64,000 nt of DNA. Source: a virus. The position numbers and the translations under genes were made by a program. The DNA is taken from the IMG/VR virus record IMGVR_UViG_3300045988_184160, positions 96,001-160,000 of that record; one strand, 5' to 3'. Below are positions 7,901 to 17,215 of this stretch, piece after piece (the stretch's first letter is position 1; each line of letters begins with the position of its first letter). Under the pieces are notes generated by a model. The model was not told the DNA's origin and did not search any database. It saw only the letters and a program-made list of their open reading frames with translations.

Positions 7901-10900
7901 GTATGCCGATAAGATTGACGAGGCTGCTAAGGGTGACTCGTACAACAACTACCTGCAGGCCCAGAATGAGGAGCTTCAAGCCCTAGAGATTGATGGGGAA
8001 AACAACCCTCACACTCGCGGCATCTCGAACGTGACCGTGAAAATACAGGCACCGAAGAAACTGCAGTCACTCGTTGTTGGTGGTGGCAAACAAGACCAGG
8101 AGCTACTGGACATTGCGGGTAACTCACAGTTCGGTGCCGTGGGTTTGAGCGCCTACACTAAATCCGTGTCTGGGCAGGGTTTCACAGAAAATCCTAACGA
8201 CACGTACCTGTACCGCTCATACGTTGACCTGTCAAACTTCGCCAAGTACACGTACCTCGGGGTCCGCCCAGGTTCGGAGCTTGTGAGCGGTGTTGAGGGG
8301 CATGCTGACACCAGCAAGTGGACTCCTTCTCTCCGAGACGCATGGAACAACAGGTCTCAGGCGTGGGACCAGGCTGTTGAGCTGGGGTATAACATCCCGA
8401 ACAAGTCTGGTGGCGTGAACAGCACTAAGGTTGTGCCTGCCCTGTCGTCCCGGATCGTGACGGACGCCTACGCCTCCAAGGAGAGCATGGGTAGCCTGTC
8501 ACTGGACCAGAACGTTGGTATTGACACCCGCAGGTTCAACTTCGGTATCGTGAACTACACGAAGCAGCACGACTTCCTGTCAGCTGTCCAGAAGCAGACT
8601 GAGGCTAACCAGACTAAGAAAACGAACATTAAGGGGCGCGATAAGACGGTGAACGCCGAGAACGCGGCACCGGACAAAGAGAAGGAAAATAAAGATAATA
8701 AGGACAAAAAGGACGACCAGAAAAAGCAAGAGGAACAGCAGCAACAGCAGCAGTCCTCTTCTGGTGGTGGCTCATCCAAACCTAACCCTGACGCGGCTAC
8801 CCTAGAAGGGTTCCAGCCAGACGGGGGCGGGAAATACACGAACCTTGACTACGCAACCCTCGGCGCTTTCGCAATGTACAGCGAATCCCCGTTCTACTAT
8901 TATTACTACAACCTAGCGGATCAGGGGCTCAACATTGACGGCGGCAGGGGCGGCTACAAAGACCTGCTTCTAGGTGAAAACAGCGGAGGTAACTACTTCT
9001 ACAACACCAAGGGCAACGGCGAAATGAGGGACTTCAACGACTCAAGGGAGCTCTTCACCTACGTCATCCCTTACCTGAGGCAGTCCAACAAGTCCGTGAA
9101 CGCTTTCAAGGAGCTCTACGGTCTTCACTACCATGAAGGTATCCCCACAACTGAGGGGCACTGGAATGATGAGGGTATCCGAGACGATGCTGTAGCACAG
9201 CAGAAGTACTGGGAGAACCTGCAGACCGCGCGCCTGTACGGTTTGTACACCCCGTGGGTTGACCTGATGGAAACGGGGCGTTACGCGAAAGAGACAACTA
9301 TTGATGTTCTCGGGCAGAAACACACTGTGAAAGACCCGTTGGACCCCGCATCCTACCCTGCTGAGCGTCCGATGGTGTTCAGCCGCTCCGAGCAGCTGGA
9401 TAACGGTCTCACCGACGACCAGCTGACCGAGGTGGAGAAGAAAATTCAGGAGGTGCAGCGGAACACTGCGGAGAAGATGCTGTCCCTCATGAACTACTAT
9501 TCGTTCCGGGATTCAACGGTTGATACCGCAGCTGCGCTACTCACCACCTTCGAGTTCAATAAAACATTCAGTGAGCGCCACTGGATGGATGAGTCACTGA
9601 ACCTTTACCCACAGTCAATGGACGCTAAGAATATCTCGTGGGACGGGTACCTGAGGCTTATCCTGCAGACCAGTGAAGACGGCGGCGGGTACGATATCGG
9701 TGCTGAGGATTTCTACGACCAGATCATCCGTGACCAGGGCGTTATTTTCGGTTGGGCTCTCGTGGCTGTGTCGGCGCTATCGGGTATCGGTGTGCCCTAC
9801 CTGCAGTGGCTCGTGTTCTTCCTGCTAGCGGTGCTGTCCATCTGCCGGCTGGTGATTATCTTGCTGAGGGCGTTACCGCCTCTTGAGGTTCTGAAAGAGT
9901 CGGGTAAGCATATTGGTGGACCAGCTATCATGATGGGGCTCGTGTTCTTGATAAAGAACTGGTTGATGTCTCTGATGATGTCCAGCGGTTCGACCCTCGT
10001 CACAGGCCCGCTCGGTAATGATGGTGCGCTTGTGGGTATGCCTGTGTGGGGTAAGATTGTCCTGCTTCTGGTGATTGACCTGCTGTCTGTGGGTATCCTG
10101 CTCAGGCTTGGGTTCAGGATCGTGGGGAACATTTTCGGTGATATTGTCACCCTGAAAGAGAACTTCAAGGGTGTTCTGCACGACATGAAAGTGAACCTTT
10201 CGAACGCGCGGGCAACCGGCTCGTTCACTGGCGCTATCAGTCATATAGCTGGGGTGCGGGCTGAGAGGCTTGAGGTTGCTAAGCAACGGTCTGTGCCGCC
10301 CCCACCGAACAGTGTTGAGGGGCAGATGCTCAGGTCTGCTTCACCGCTACGTCGTGGTGGTAAGAACACTGCGCGAACCACAACAGCCGGTGGTGGGGAT
10401 AGCGCGAACTATGCTGCTGAGGCTAGTAACCGTGAACGCCGGCGCGGTGTCACCGACTCAATCAAAGCAGCTATGGCGGCTGGTGCGACCGGTGCGGTGG
10501 CAGGCTACGGGGCTGGTAAGAAAGCAGTCCGTGTGGCTAAATCTGCGAAGAGGCTCACCATCGGTTCTGTGGACAAGTCCAAGCTGAACACCACCGAGAA
10601 ACCAGTAGCGCAGTCTAAGAGCGACCTGCAAGCAGCTGAAGAGCGGATCAGTAGCCTCGCCAGCGAGAAGAGGAAAGCGGAGAACGAGCTGCTGAAAGCA
10701 CAGCAGAACGCTAACCTGCGGGGCGCAACCACGGAAAACCAGCAGGCTATCCGTGCCGCGCAGCAGAAGGTTCACAACCTGAACACTGAGATCGGTGAAG
10801 CTAACTGGCGGATGAACACCATCAGGCGTAAAGTCGCTGAGGAAGAACGGCAAATCAACGCGGAACATAAACGTAAAGTTGGTGCCGAGAAGGGGCAGCA

Positions 10901-10988
10901 ACGTAAAGAGTCCCGTGCTGAGGAGCTGAAACGGGTCTGGCGGGGAATAGGGAAGAAATCTTCTAACGCCAAGAAGGACAACACCTAG
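4956..10988 (+). CDS. Giant polytopic T4SS-cluster membrane protein (possible VirB6/TcpH-like channel component with large extracytoplasmic domains)
   Basis: 2010-aa uninterrupted ORF; GTG start 4 nt after AGGGAGAG. N-terminal anchor/signal (LFTLAASIAVIPTLASANIANA). Hydrophobic clusters at about aa 880-960 and 1590-1760. K/D/E/Q low-complexity linker. Basic coiled-coil C-terminus. Confidence 0.7.
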   Translation: MGIREIINTLIRWVARIVGAPLKLFKKQDKNNKSAVEETELTKPRKGETSKKACLFTLAASIAVIPTLASANIANAAENQSLETQTKSVILADDKKATGNGVNDSHDGNKSTTQVNDTIRVFIQLAKNKDKNKKLDLTKLSNGDARFIGKYLSNFYAPYGTQIANADGQMPKEVEESMIKNLTETVGIQEADAKTLVTWVKAQLVQGSTELEWKFSKDGNATSGSGMLESPTVNGKKAVGANPYEFMKIASGAYGAGSLYLPYDIDDTAQAWDGVTGGGNFSNSGGEGARTYRFNDAGWKCVQDKTGLSKEDAKNKYIDHEGPNDAGALHQAAFEDNNRGVFQHYGEERRTAWKIASCSESYAVLSGGEGDDASKEVIRVGNWGAYAGYAKDRVKYSKDELNFYKKTLEENENYAYLTDSNGHIAFKIDTTGEQTTASVSALMLAAQLSNPGQGYGNSFYDLLKEEYEKNKDNREFLSKATILDSKLKMSPFGDLLYQSGNTTTVVIPAILNPYGFEAKDHKPGDVLPAANSFGLAGTGYNAFSSVRNSGTPLAQCVMGSGHINDLRGKISGHYDGGEHVSSYRAVLGKDDVPWTTSWGGASDPISQGAMDAMTDYGGSKRLYGQDSGEKDGADRHNYAHRIPISWNNHDDGRWGANSNIFPNFWLGWHTRSLFDTYNRETTDCNGSVVVADLYKLYEGKDPKANLDEKSTFQVMHSLKDDGSMAIKQVPDFKEGTTFGIPKDGGGAYNLEGRAGLLDFNKVLDKNAAMTVYLTLLVQQHGKGTSLYDQLGMGSADSNLPPIKDDVKFDGLSEEQKQQNAKELENQIDNQLRWYTYYLLHPTKTKYKRELDKNSGIATVSEAHANMIGANNQAGTTSASKFTGFVAYSAIPTTDDIKWTSGLKDMYFSQIHWVFAIILVVCLIYWIAGSLTLGQAIGSLIVLCFLFGTVTHVQDWAADKANGIVNNMYSSKFSYLGLVQEEAYADKIDEAAKGDSYNNYLQAQNEELQALEIDGENNPHTRGISNVTVKIQAPKKLQSLVVGGGKQDQELLDIAGNSQFGAVGLSAYTKSVSGQGFTENPNDTYLYRSYVDLSNFAKYTYLGVRPGSELVSGVEGHADTSKWTPSLRDAWNNRSQAWDQAVELGYNIPNKSGGVNSTKVVPALSSRIVTDAYASKESMGSLSLDQNVGIDTRRFNFGIVNYTKQHDFLSAVQKQTEANQTKKTNIKGRDKTVNAENAAPDKEKENKDNKDKKDDQKKQEEQQQQQQSSSGGGSSKPNPDAATLEGFQPDGGGKYTNLDYATLGAFAMYSESPFYYYYYNLADQGLNIDGGRGGYKDLLLGENSGGNYFYNTKGNGEMRDFNDSRELFTYVIPYLRQSNKSVNAFKELYGLHYHEGIPTTEGHWNDEGIRDDAVAQQKYWENLQTARLYGLYTPWVDLMETGRYAKETTIDVLGQKHTVKDPLDPASYPAERPMVFSRSEQLDNGLTDDQLTEVEKKIQEVQRNTAEKMLSLMNYYSFRDSTVDTAAALLTTFEFNKTFSERHWMDESLNLYPQSMDAKNISWDGYLRLILQTSEDGGGYDIGAEDFYDQIIRDQGVIFGWALVAVSALSGIGVPYLQWLVFFLLAVLSICRLVIILLRALPPLEVLKESGKHIGGPAIMMGLVFLIKNWLMSLMMSSGSTLVTGPLGNDGALVGMPVWGKIVLLLVIDLLSVGILLRLGFRIVGNIFGDIVTLKENFKGVLHDMKVNLSNARATGSFTGAISHIAGVRAERLEVAKQRSVPPPPNSVEGQMLRSASPLRRGGKNTARTTTAGGGDSANYAAEASNRERRRGVTDSIKAAMAAGATGAVAGYGAGKKAVRVAKSAKRLTIGSVDKSKLNTTEKPVAQSKSDLQAAEERISSLASEKRKAENELLKAQQNANLRGATTENQQAIRAAQQKVHNLNTEIGEANWRMNTIRRKVAEEERQINAEHKRKVGAEKGQQRKESRAEELKRVWRGIGKKSSNAKKDNT

Positions 10989-11005
10989 CCCCACCCCTGT
11001 AAGGT

Positions 11006-11055
11006 ATTCGTCCCCCATTGGTTAATGTTTTTGGCTGGTGGGGGACGAATTATTT
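11006..11055 (+). terminator. Rho-independent terminator after the giant gene
   Basis: Perfect 12-bp stem ATTCGTCCCCCA (11006..11017) / TGGGGGACGAAT (11039..11050), followed by TATTT. Confidence 0.6.
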
Positions 11056-11111
11056 ACCTAGATAATCCTGATAAAATTTTTAGTGGATAAAAACTAAAAC
11101 AGAGAAAATGT

Positions 11112-12230
11112 ATGCAAAACCCTCACCTGATTCTATTGTTGATAGTGCTGCAGATATTGAACTGCGCGATCATTGTTATTGCCCTGCAAGCGGGGAAAGC
11201 TAAACTGACTGTCGGGTCCCTCGGGAACCGTGTAGCGACCCACGCAGTATCGAAAGGTATAGCCGCTGGAACTAGTGGCGCGGGTAAGTTCATTGACACT
11301 AAACTGGGCAGGAAAGCTATCTCATATGGTGTTGACAAGGGCGGTACCGCCACATTCCGGGTGTGGCAGTCTGCGGTTATTATCCTGACTGTGGGTCTAG
11401 TGGTGATTGAGGGTTTCCTTTACCACTCTCTACTGTCCAACAATAGAGCGAAAACAGTAGCGGGCGCGTACACGGCACTCTACTTGGGTAAGAATAAAGG
11501 CAACGAGCTGCAGAAAACACTATCAGGTGACGACGGGGACAAGAAAAAAGACGACCAGCAAGATAAGAAAGACGACAATGGAGGCGGGGCAGGTGGAACC
11601 GCACCAGTGAAAGGTGACACCAGCGTCCCAGAAGGCATAGATGAGGGCGACTGGAACAAAGCATCAGACCTGCAGAAGCAGATAGCTAAAACCGCTTACG
11701 TTGCCGCGACCATGAAATTCCCGAAAGCAGGTAACCCCAGTGACGCTAACCCCGCTGGCGGGTTGAGGTACGAGCAGGGCAACACCCCCATCGGTGTTTA
11801 TGACTGCTCCACCTTCGTGTCCGGTGTGCTTGAAGCAAACGGGCTCCGTAGCGACGGGGGGAAACGTGACGGTGAACCATACAATTTTGAGACCATGAAA
11901 AAAGCTGACCTCGTGAACTACGAGTTCACTGGTGCGGAGCTCACATCCTGGGAGCGCGGTAACGGTTTCACTGGCACTTTCAACGGTGACACATCCGGTA
12001 TGACACCGGGTGACATTATTGTGGACTCTGAGCACGTCGCAATATATGTTGGGAAAAACAAGGCAGGTAAAGGCGTTTTCGCGCACGCCTCAAGCCCAGG
12101 TAACCACTACATTTTTTGGGATGCGGACAGTAAAAACGCGACATATGATGTTGGGTTAAATGATGCCGCAGCTATGGCAACGTTCATGAGCGGAGCAAAA
12201 ATAATGCACCCCGATAAATATTACAATTGA
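11112..12230 (+). CDS. Membrane-anchored NlpC/P60-family cell-wall hydrolase (VirB1-analogue of Gram-positive T4SS)
   Basis: 372 aa. N-terminal hydrophobic helices and a D/K-rich linker. C-terminal NlpC/P60 signature: YDCSTFVSGV (Cys codon 11805..11807), SEHVAIYVG, FAHAS. Confidence 0.85.
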   Translation: MQNPHLILLLIVLQILNCAIIVIALQAGKAKLTVGSLGNRVATHAVSKGIAAGTSGAGKFIDTKLGRKAISYGVDKGGTATFRVWQSAVIILTVGLVVIEGFLYHSLLSNNRAKTVAGAYTALYLGKNKGNELQKTLSGDDGDKKKDDQQDKKDDNGGGAGGTAPVKGDTSVPEGIDEGDWNKASDLQKQIAKTAYVAATMKFPKAGNPSDANPAGGLRYEQGNTPIGVYDCSTFVSGVLEANGLRSDGGKRDGEPYNFETMKKADLVNYEFTGAELTSWERGNGFTGTFNGDTSGMTPGDIIVDSEHVAIYVGKNKAGKGVFAHASSPGNHYIFWDADSKNATYDVGLNDAAAMATFMSGAKIMHPDKYYN

Positions 12231-12395
12231 CTTCCTCTACCCCATAAAAATGGAGCAGATTCCTACCAGTCACTACAACCAAACTAGGCTGTGGTGACTT
12301 TCGGCGGGTGAACAGCATCAACAATAACAGCGTTTGCTAGCAAACGTCTTACATTATCTCCGCAGTGTTCGTTTAGACTCTCGGCAAGACCTGCC
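12229..12395 (-). ncRNA. Candidate omega-RNA scaffold of copy B
   Basis: Counterpart of 2341..2505. Has the same palindrome (12331..12346), conserved GTAGGAATC and GAGGAAGTC, and hairpins with compensatory stem changes. Confidence 0.45.
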
Positions 12396-13605
12396 GCGAG
12401 CATGATGTTGACTGCCGCGTTCCGGTCTCTATCCACGCGGGAGCGGCAGCTGGTGCAGACCCATTCACGGATGTTCAACGGTTTCCTGCCGTTGGGTGCC
12501 CCGCAGATTGAGCAGGTTTGGGTGGTGGGTGCGAACCTGTCCACACGGATGAGGGTCCTACCATAATCGGTGGCTTTCTCTGCGATCAAACGGGTCAGGT
12601 GCCCCCAGCTAGCATCCAGTATACTCTTACCCAACCTTGTTTTGGCTAGACCCCTGATTGTGAGGGTTTCCAGGGCGATGACTTGGTTTTCGTTAACAAC
12701 CTGGTTAGCCACATGATGTAAGTAATGGGCGCGGGTGTTCCGGGTTTTCGTGTGGGCTTTAGCTACCCTGAGCCGTTGCTTGGTGTAACGGTTGCTGCCT
12801 TTTTTCTTTCGTGAGAGTTGTTTCTGTAACCGGGATAGTTTCTTCTCTGCTTGTTTCAGGGGTCTAATGTTAGGGAAGACGGTACTTTCTCCGTTACTGT
12901 TCACCGTGATAGCCAAGTCTTTTAGCCCCATGTCCACACCCACAGCATAGGCGGTTGGTTCCGGCGCTGGGGTGGGGGTGGTTTCGACAACGAAAGACAC
13001 ATAATACTTGCCGTCCGCTTCCTGGATCAGGGTCACGGAGGTTGGGGGTGAGGGCAGTCCACGGGAGAGGCTGAACCGGATTTCACCGATCTTGGGTAGT
13101 TTCACGAAACCCACCCCGTGGCTGGTTTCCCTGACTTTGAACGCTTTGGATGTGAACCTAGCGGCTTGCCGGTTTGAGCGTCGCCTGAACCGTGGGGCAC
13201 CAACCCTGGCCCTCTGCGTTTACCCGTGACGGAGGCGAAAAAATTAGTGTACGCCCTATCCAAGTCCCGTAAGGACTGCTGTAAGGGTACAGCAGGGACG
13301 TCTCGCAGCCACGTTTTCCCTGGGGTGCGTTTCAGGCGGGTGAGCCTAGCGGAAAGCTCCCCACTGGAGGGCTTCCTCCCAGTTTCCTTATACTGCTCCA
13401 CCGAGTACGCAAGAGCATCATTAAAAACCACACGCACACACCCGAACAGGGCAGCAACCAACTGCTTCTGCCCTTTCCGGGGGTAGGCGCGGTAACGATA
13501 ACGCTTGAGACTCATGGCAACTATTATATACTGGGTGTCATGGGTAATACCACTAATATAATGTAAAGCCCCAGGTTTACCCCTAGTTAGTTGATTCAGA
13601 TCCAC
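12284..13605 (-). pseudogene. tnpB: Frameshifted tnpB (copy B)
   Basis: ORFs 13102..13605 and 12284..13114 are together colinear with TnpB 1222..2454. The frame is broken by a 1-nt deletion relative to copy A near 13205..13212 (A: GGGGGTAGGG, B: GGGCCAGGG). Confidence 0.85.
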
Positions 13606-13684
13606 CCTAAAGAGTGGAGATGAATCAGGGAACTAGATAAAAAATACCCCGCAGAATTAGTGAAGAACGGAGGGACGCGAATAA

Positions 13685-15052
13685 TTGGCTCTCGGATCAA
13701 CGATTAACGCAACCCCAGATGTTACCCACCAGGACATAGTATCCGCCCTGCGTCCCACCGCCATGACCACTAACCAGTGGATGATCGACACCCCACGCGG
13801 GCATGGTGGGCGTCGCGGGCTGTATAAGCGTAATCTCCTGTGGACTGCTGGCGGGTTCATGGCTTTCATGCTCGTGTTCTTCATCATTTTCGGTGCGGGG
13901 GGTATCATCCCAGCCCTACAATTCTTGGTTTTTGCGGGGTTCCCCCTGTCCCTTTTCGTGCGTTTCTTCGTGTTCAAAGAACATCAGAGGCGTAAAGAGC
14001 TGAGATATCAGGATGAGTACGATTTGGAGATTGACCCCTCAGACTTTTTCACGCTCACAACCATCACCCCAGAGGGTGTCGGGTTCTACTCGGACAATAG
14101 TGCCGCTGTGATCCTCAAAGCAGACCGTAAACCTTCACTGGGGATGACGTTCGAAACAGCTTTTAATCAGAGGATGTTCATGCAGCACCTTCTGAACTCT
14201 TGGCATCAGCAGTCCGGTATCCAGTTCACCCACTACACTGTGAATCTTCCTAGTTCTTCTGTGGACCCGAGGTTCACGAAAATGTGGAATTTCATTTCTG
14301 ATCAGAAAGACACGGGGGCTCGTAAACTAGTGCGGGCAATGATTGACCAAGTGTATGAGGACGGGCAAACATATGTGTCCAGTATCGACTACTTCCTCAT
14401 CATTAAACGCCCTAGCCGGAGCATGTCTGATTTTATGGGCTATGTCAGTAGCCTACGTTCACATATCATCGACTCCCGCTCACCATACAGGTCATGCACC
14501 TACCTGGACTATGCGGGGTGGGAAGAGTTTGCGCAGCATATTACTGGTATTGAGAACTTTGATCTGCGTGAGATGATTGAGAAATCTCACCAGTCTGAGG
14601 AAGACCCGTTCAGGGTTCTTTGGGTTGAAGACCGTGAGGGTAACATTATCGCGTCTTATAACGATGTGGATAACGAGGATGACACTGAATATGGTGGCGA
14701 CGATAGTGCTTATGTGGAGCCAGTATTTGAGGAGCCTGAGAGTGGGAGCCTGTCATTATCTAAACTAGTCGCAAACGAGAGTGCTAGTGGTGGTGGTTTC
14801 GGGTTGGGAGTCCCCGCCTCTGCAGCTGTCGCTACTGAATCTGATACGGAAGAACCAGTAGCTTCATCTACCCCCCGCTCAGGTGGCTTCGGGTTATCTC
14901 TAACCAAAACAGGTGGCACCCTCTCAAACACTAATCAGGGCGGGCGCACAAATACTGCACCTGCAGCCCAGAAAAAACTTCCCACACCACGCCCTGCCCC
15001 CAAGAAAACTACGCCCGCGCGCCCTCAAAGAAGAACAATCACCCGACGATAG
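13685..15052 (+). CDS. T4SS-cluster membrane protein, function unknown
   Basis: 455-aa ORF; TTG at 13685 by longest ORF, with an in-frame ATG at 13763. Two adjacent hydrophobic helices (GGFMAFMLVFFIIFGAGGIIPALQFLVFAGFPLSLFVRFFVF). Gly/Pro/Thr-rich basic C-terminal tail. Confidence 0.6.
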   Translation: MALGSTINATPDVTHQDIVSALRPTAMTTNQWMIDTPRGHGGRRGLYKRNLLWTAGGFMAFMLVFFIIFGAGGIIPALQFLVFAGFPLSLFVRFFVFKEHQRRKELRYQDEYDLEIDPSDFFTLTTITPEGVGFYSDNSAAVILKADRKPSLGMTFETAFNQRMFMQHLLNSWHQQSGIQFTHYTVNLPSSSVDPRFTKMWNFISDQKDTGARKLVRAMIDQVYEDGQTYVSSIDYFLIIKRPSRSMSDFMGYVSSLRSHIIDSRSPYRSCTYLDYAGWEEFAQHITGIENFDLREMIEKSHQSEEDPFRVLWVEDREGNIIASYNDVDNEDDTEYGGDDSAYVEPVFEEPESGSLSLSKLVANESASGGGFGLGVPASAAVATESDTEEPVASSTPRSGGFGLSLTKTGGTLSNTNQGGRTNTAPAAQKKLPTPRPAPKKTTPARPQRRTITRR

Positions 15053-15071
15053 ACAGAATACATGGGGCGAG

Positions 15072-15112
15072 CGCATATAAAACACTCCGCAGTTTCTCTT
15101 ACGCATATAAAA
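15072..15112. repeat. Direct 11-mer repeat CGCATATAAAA x2, 30 bp apart, in an intergenic region
   Basis: Copies at 15072..15082 and 15102..15112, upstream of the TTG-started gene at 15214. Possible operator or promoter element. Confidence 0.5.
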
Positions 15113-15213
15113 AACAATCCAGCACGGGTTGAAATTCGGTTTTCCATAACAAAAAATCGGGTAGAATTTTTATAGATAAAACCTGAAACCCGCAGAACCT
15201 AAGAGGTGGCGTA

Positions 15214-17208
15214 TTGGCTAAGAAAAACAAAAAAGTAGCTCTCATTATCCCTAAAATATATATAGGCATGATGGGACTCACTACACATGGGGAGCATAAA
15301 AACAATGCGGGAGATATCGTAACCCCGTACCCCAGTATCCAAGATTTCCTAGAGCAAATGGACTCTTACGAGATTCAATATTCTAGGGTTATCATTAGTG
15401 AATACGGCGGGTTGCTACTAGAGTTTCCCCAAGCATTAATAAAGAAAGAAGGGTGGCCTTTCAGTAAATATATTGGCACCCTACTGTCTGGAAACTCGAC
15501 TCGTGTCACGTTATCGCTCACAAATTACTATGAGCATAGGAAAGCCGAGAGAGGCGGCAAAGAAGGCCCGTTTGTTACCTCAGAACAGTACGATGATGTT
15601 GATGATGCCGATTTTTCAAACCCAGAATATGAGGGTCTAACAGAAGACGAAATACGTTACCTGAAACAGGAGGATGAGCTCAGGTTCATCCGAGAAGCCT
15701 ATAAGGAACGGGACGAACGGTACCAGCTGCTATCTGAGTACTATGAAGGATACGTAAACCCTCTCAAAGAAACCGGTTTTACTGTTGAGACAGTGTACGT
15801 CCCCGCTAACCCTGTAACCTATGAAAAGCTACCTGATGGGATGGGTAATGAAGATGAGTACCCTGCGCTCCCCGATATTTCATCGAACATTTGGGAGTAT
15901 ATAGGGGAGCTTTCTAACGACCCTAATATGCTCGCGAGTACATACTGGTTCGTCCCAGAAGGGCAAGAGCTAGGTCCAACTGAGGTGAAGGAATATCTTC
16001 CCTCCGCTCCATTCCATGAGCTGGCGAATAAGGTTTCTGACGATAATGTTGAGGTCAGTGAGTATCATCAGATGACCCCACGTGAGTATGATCTGTTTCA
16101 TTTCTTCGAGGGGATGCGTCGCAGGTTTGATACTACCCAGGGTGATGTTACCCATGATTATGATGATGTTTATGAGCATGAGGACACTGGGGAATGGTCA
16201 GCGACCGATGTGCAGGCAGGCTTAGGTGATGACTACGCAGAAGGTTATGTGCAGCCTATGGAGGAAGCCCCAGCACCCGTTAGTGCTCCGACCCATGACA
16301 CGTTAGGTTACTCGACCCCAGTGGAAGAACCACCTGCTGAGGAACCAGTCACAGAAGAAGCATGGGAACCTGCCCAAGTTGAATGGGTAAAACAAGAAGC
16401 ACCAGACAGCCAGTACGATGATGACACTTCACTAGGGTTACCAGTAGCAGACAACACCAGTGAAGCGATCATGCTCACCCCTATCCCTGTGGAAGACAAC
16501 CACCAGGAAGTGTGGGATAGCGCCCCATCATATGAACACCCCGTGCAGCAGGACTGGGGTGCCACCGCATATGATGACCCCGCACCCGCTACCGTAGCTC
16601 CTAAACGTGGACTACTGATCCTAGCAGGCGCACCAACCGCGTCGCTTGCTGACGAGATTTTCGGGACAATCCCCGATGACGGCTCGAAAGCGTGTGTAGT
16701 GAACCTTACTGGGCAGACCTACGGTGTTTCTGGCTCCGTGGAAAACCCAGCCGCCCTACTACGTGACGGGCACAGGCTCTCAGCTGGTGAGCGACCGTAC
16801 ACGGATCAGGGGATCGACTGGTACGCCCCGACACTGACTCACCCGTACAGCAGTGTGGCGGGTGAAACTAAGGCGCTTGGGGATAAGCTGCAGAGGCTAC
16901 TCTTGGAGTATGACCTTATTGTGGTTGAGTGCGCCTCCCCGTCGGTTCTTGAGATCATCCCCGCTGGTGTGCCTTACGAGTTGAGGTATGTTTTCGGTGA
17001 CAACCCCGAAAGCCTGTACCATTTCTTCGCTTACACGTCACTGATCCCCAAGGCTGTGCAGGGCACCGTGTACGAGAAGCTGCAGGTCACCCTACCCCCG
17101 CTCACGGATAATGTTACTGGTGAACCAACCGTGCTGGGGGATGACCTTGAGAAACACAAGAGGACGTACATCCCCTTCACCTACAACTGGCTCAGTAAGG
17201 TAGGGTGA
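15214..17208 (+). CDS. Acidic protein with C-terminal ParA/MinD-like domain lacking a canonical Walker A (T4SS accessory, unknown function)
   Basis: 664 aa. TTG start preceded by AAGAGGTGG. The C-terminus GLLILAGAPTASLADEIF...SKACVVNLTGQ...YDLIVVECASP mimics the ParA/MinD/CpaE strand-loop-helix layout but has no GK[ST]. The middle is D/E/P-rich. Confidence 0.6.
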   Translation: MAKKNKKVALIIPKIYIGMMGLTTHGEHKNNAGDIVTPYPSIQDFLEQMDSYEIQYSRVIISEYGGLLLEFPQALIKKEGWPFSKYIGTLLSGNSTRVTLSLTNYYEHRKAERGGKEGPFVTSEQYDDVDDADFSNPEYEGLTEDEIRYLKQEDELRFIREAYKERDERYQLLSEYYEGYVNPLKETGFTVETVYVPANPVTYEKLPDGMGNEDEYPALPDISSNIWEYIGELSNDPNMLASTYWFVPEGQELGPTEVKEYLPSAPFHELANKVSDDNVEVSEYHQMTPREYDLFHFFEGMRRRFDTTQGDVTHDYDDVYEHEDTGEWSATDVQAGLGDDYAEGYVQPMEEAPAPVSAPTHDTLGYSTPVEEPPAEEPVTEEAWEPAQVEWVKQEAPDSQYDDDTSLGLPVADNTSEAIMLTPIPVEDNHQEVWDSAPSYEHPVQQDWGATAYDDPAPATVAPKRGLLILAGAPTASLADEIFGTIPDDGSKACVVNLTGQTYGVSGSVENPAALLRDGHRLSAGERPYTDQGIDWYAPTLTHPYSSVAGETKALGDKLQRLLLEYDLIVVECASPSVLEIIPAGVPYELRYVFGDNPESLYHFFAYTSLIPKAVQGTVYEKLQVTLPPLTDNVTGEPTVLGDDLEKHKRTYIPFTYNWLSKVG

Positions 17209-17215
17209 AAACGGT

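Larger units (their letters stand above)
12229..13641 (-). mobile_element. IS200/IS605-family TnpB-only element, copy B (inverted, decayed)
   Basis: Reverse-complement homolog of copy A, about 80% identical by eye in the 5' part. Right end GAGGAAGTC is the complement of 12229..12237, abutting the stop of the NlpC/P60 gene. Left end TTTATCTAGTT is the complement of 13631..13641. Confidence 0.7.

Noticed and set aside
7071-7979. 302-aa ORF on the minus strand inside the giant gene (with others at 5586..5864, 9797..10286 and 10458..11018)
   Set aside because: Entirely antisense to a 2010-codon ORF with coherent membrane-protein features. No RBS, and R/H/L/V-rich mirror-frame composition. Treated as shadow ORFs.
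8736-8753. CAG/CAA trinucleotide run (Q6) in the giant gene as a phase-variation tract
   Set aside because: It is in-frame, short and interrupted by CAA. It is part of a low-complexity linker, so length changes would not switch the gene off.
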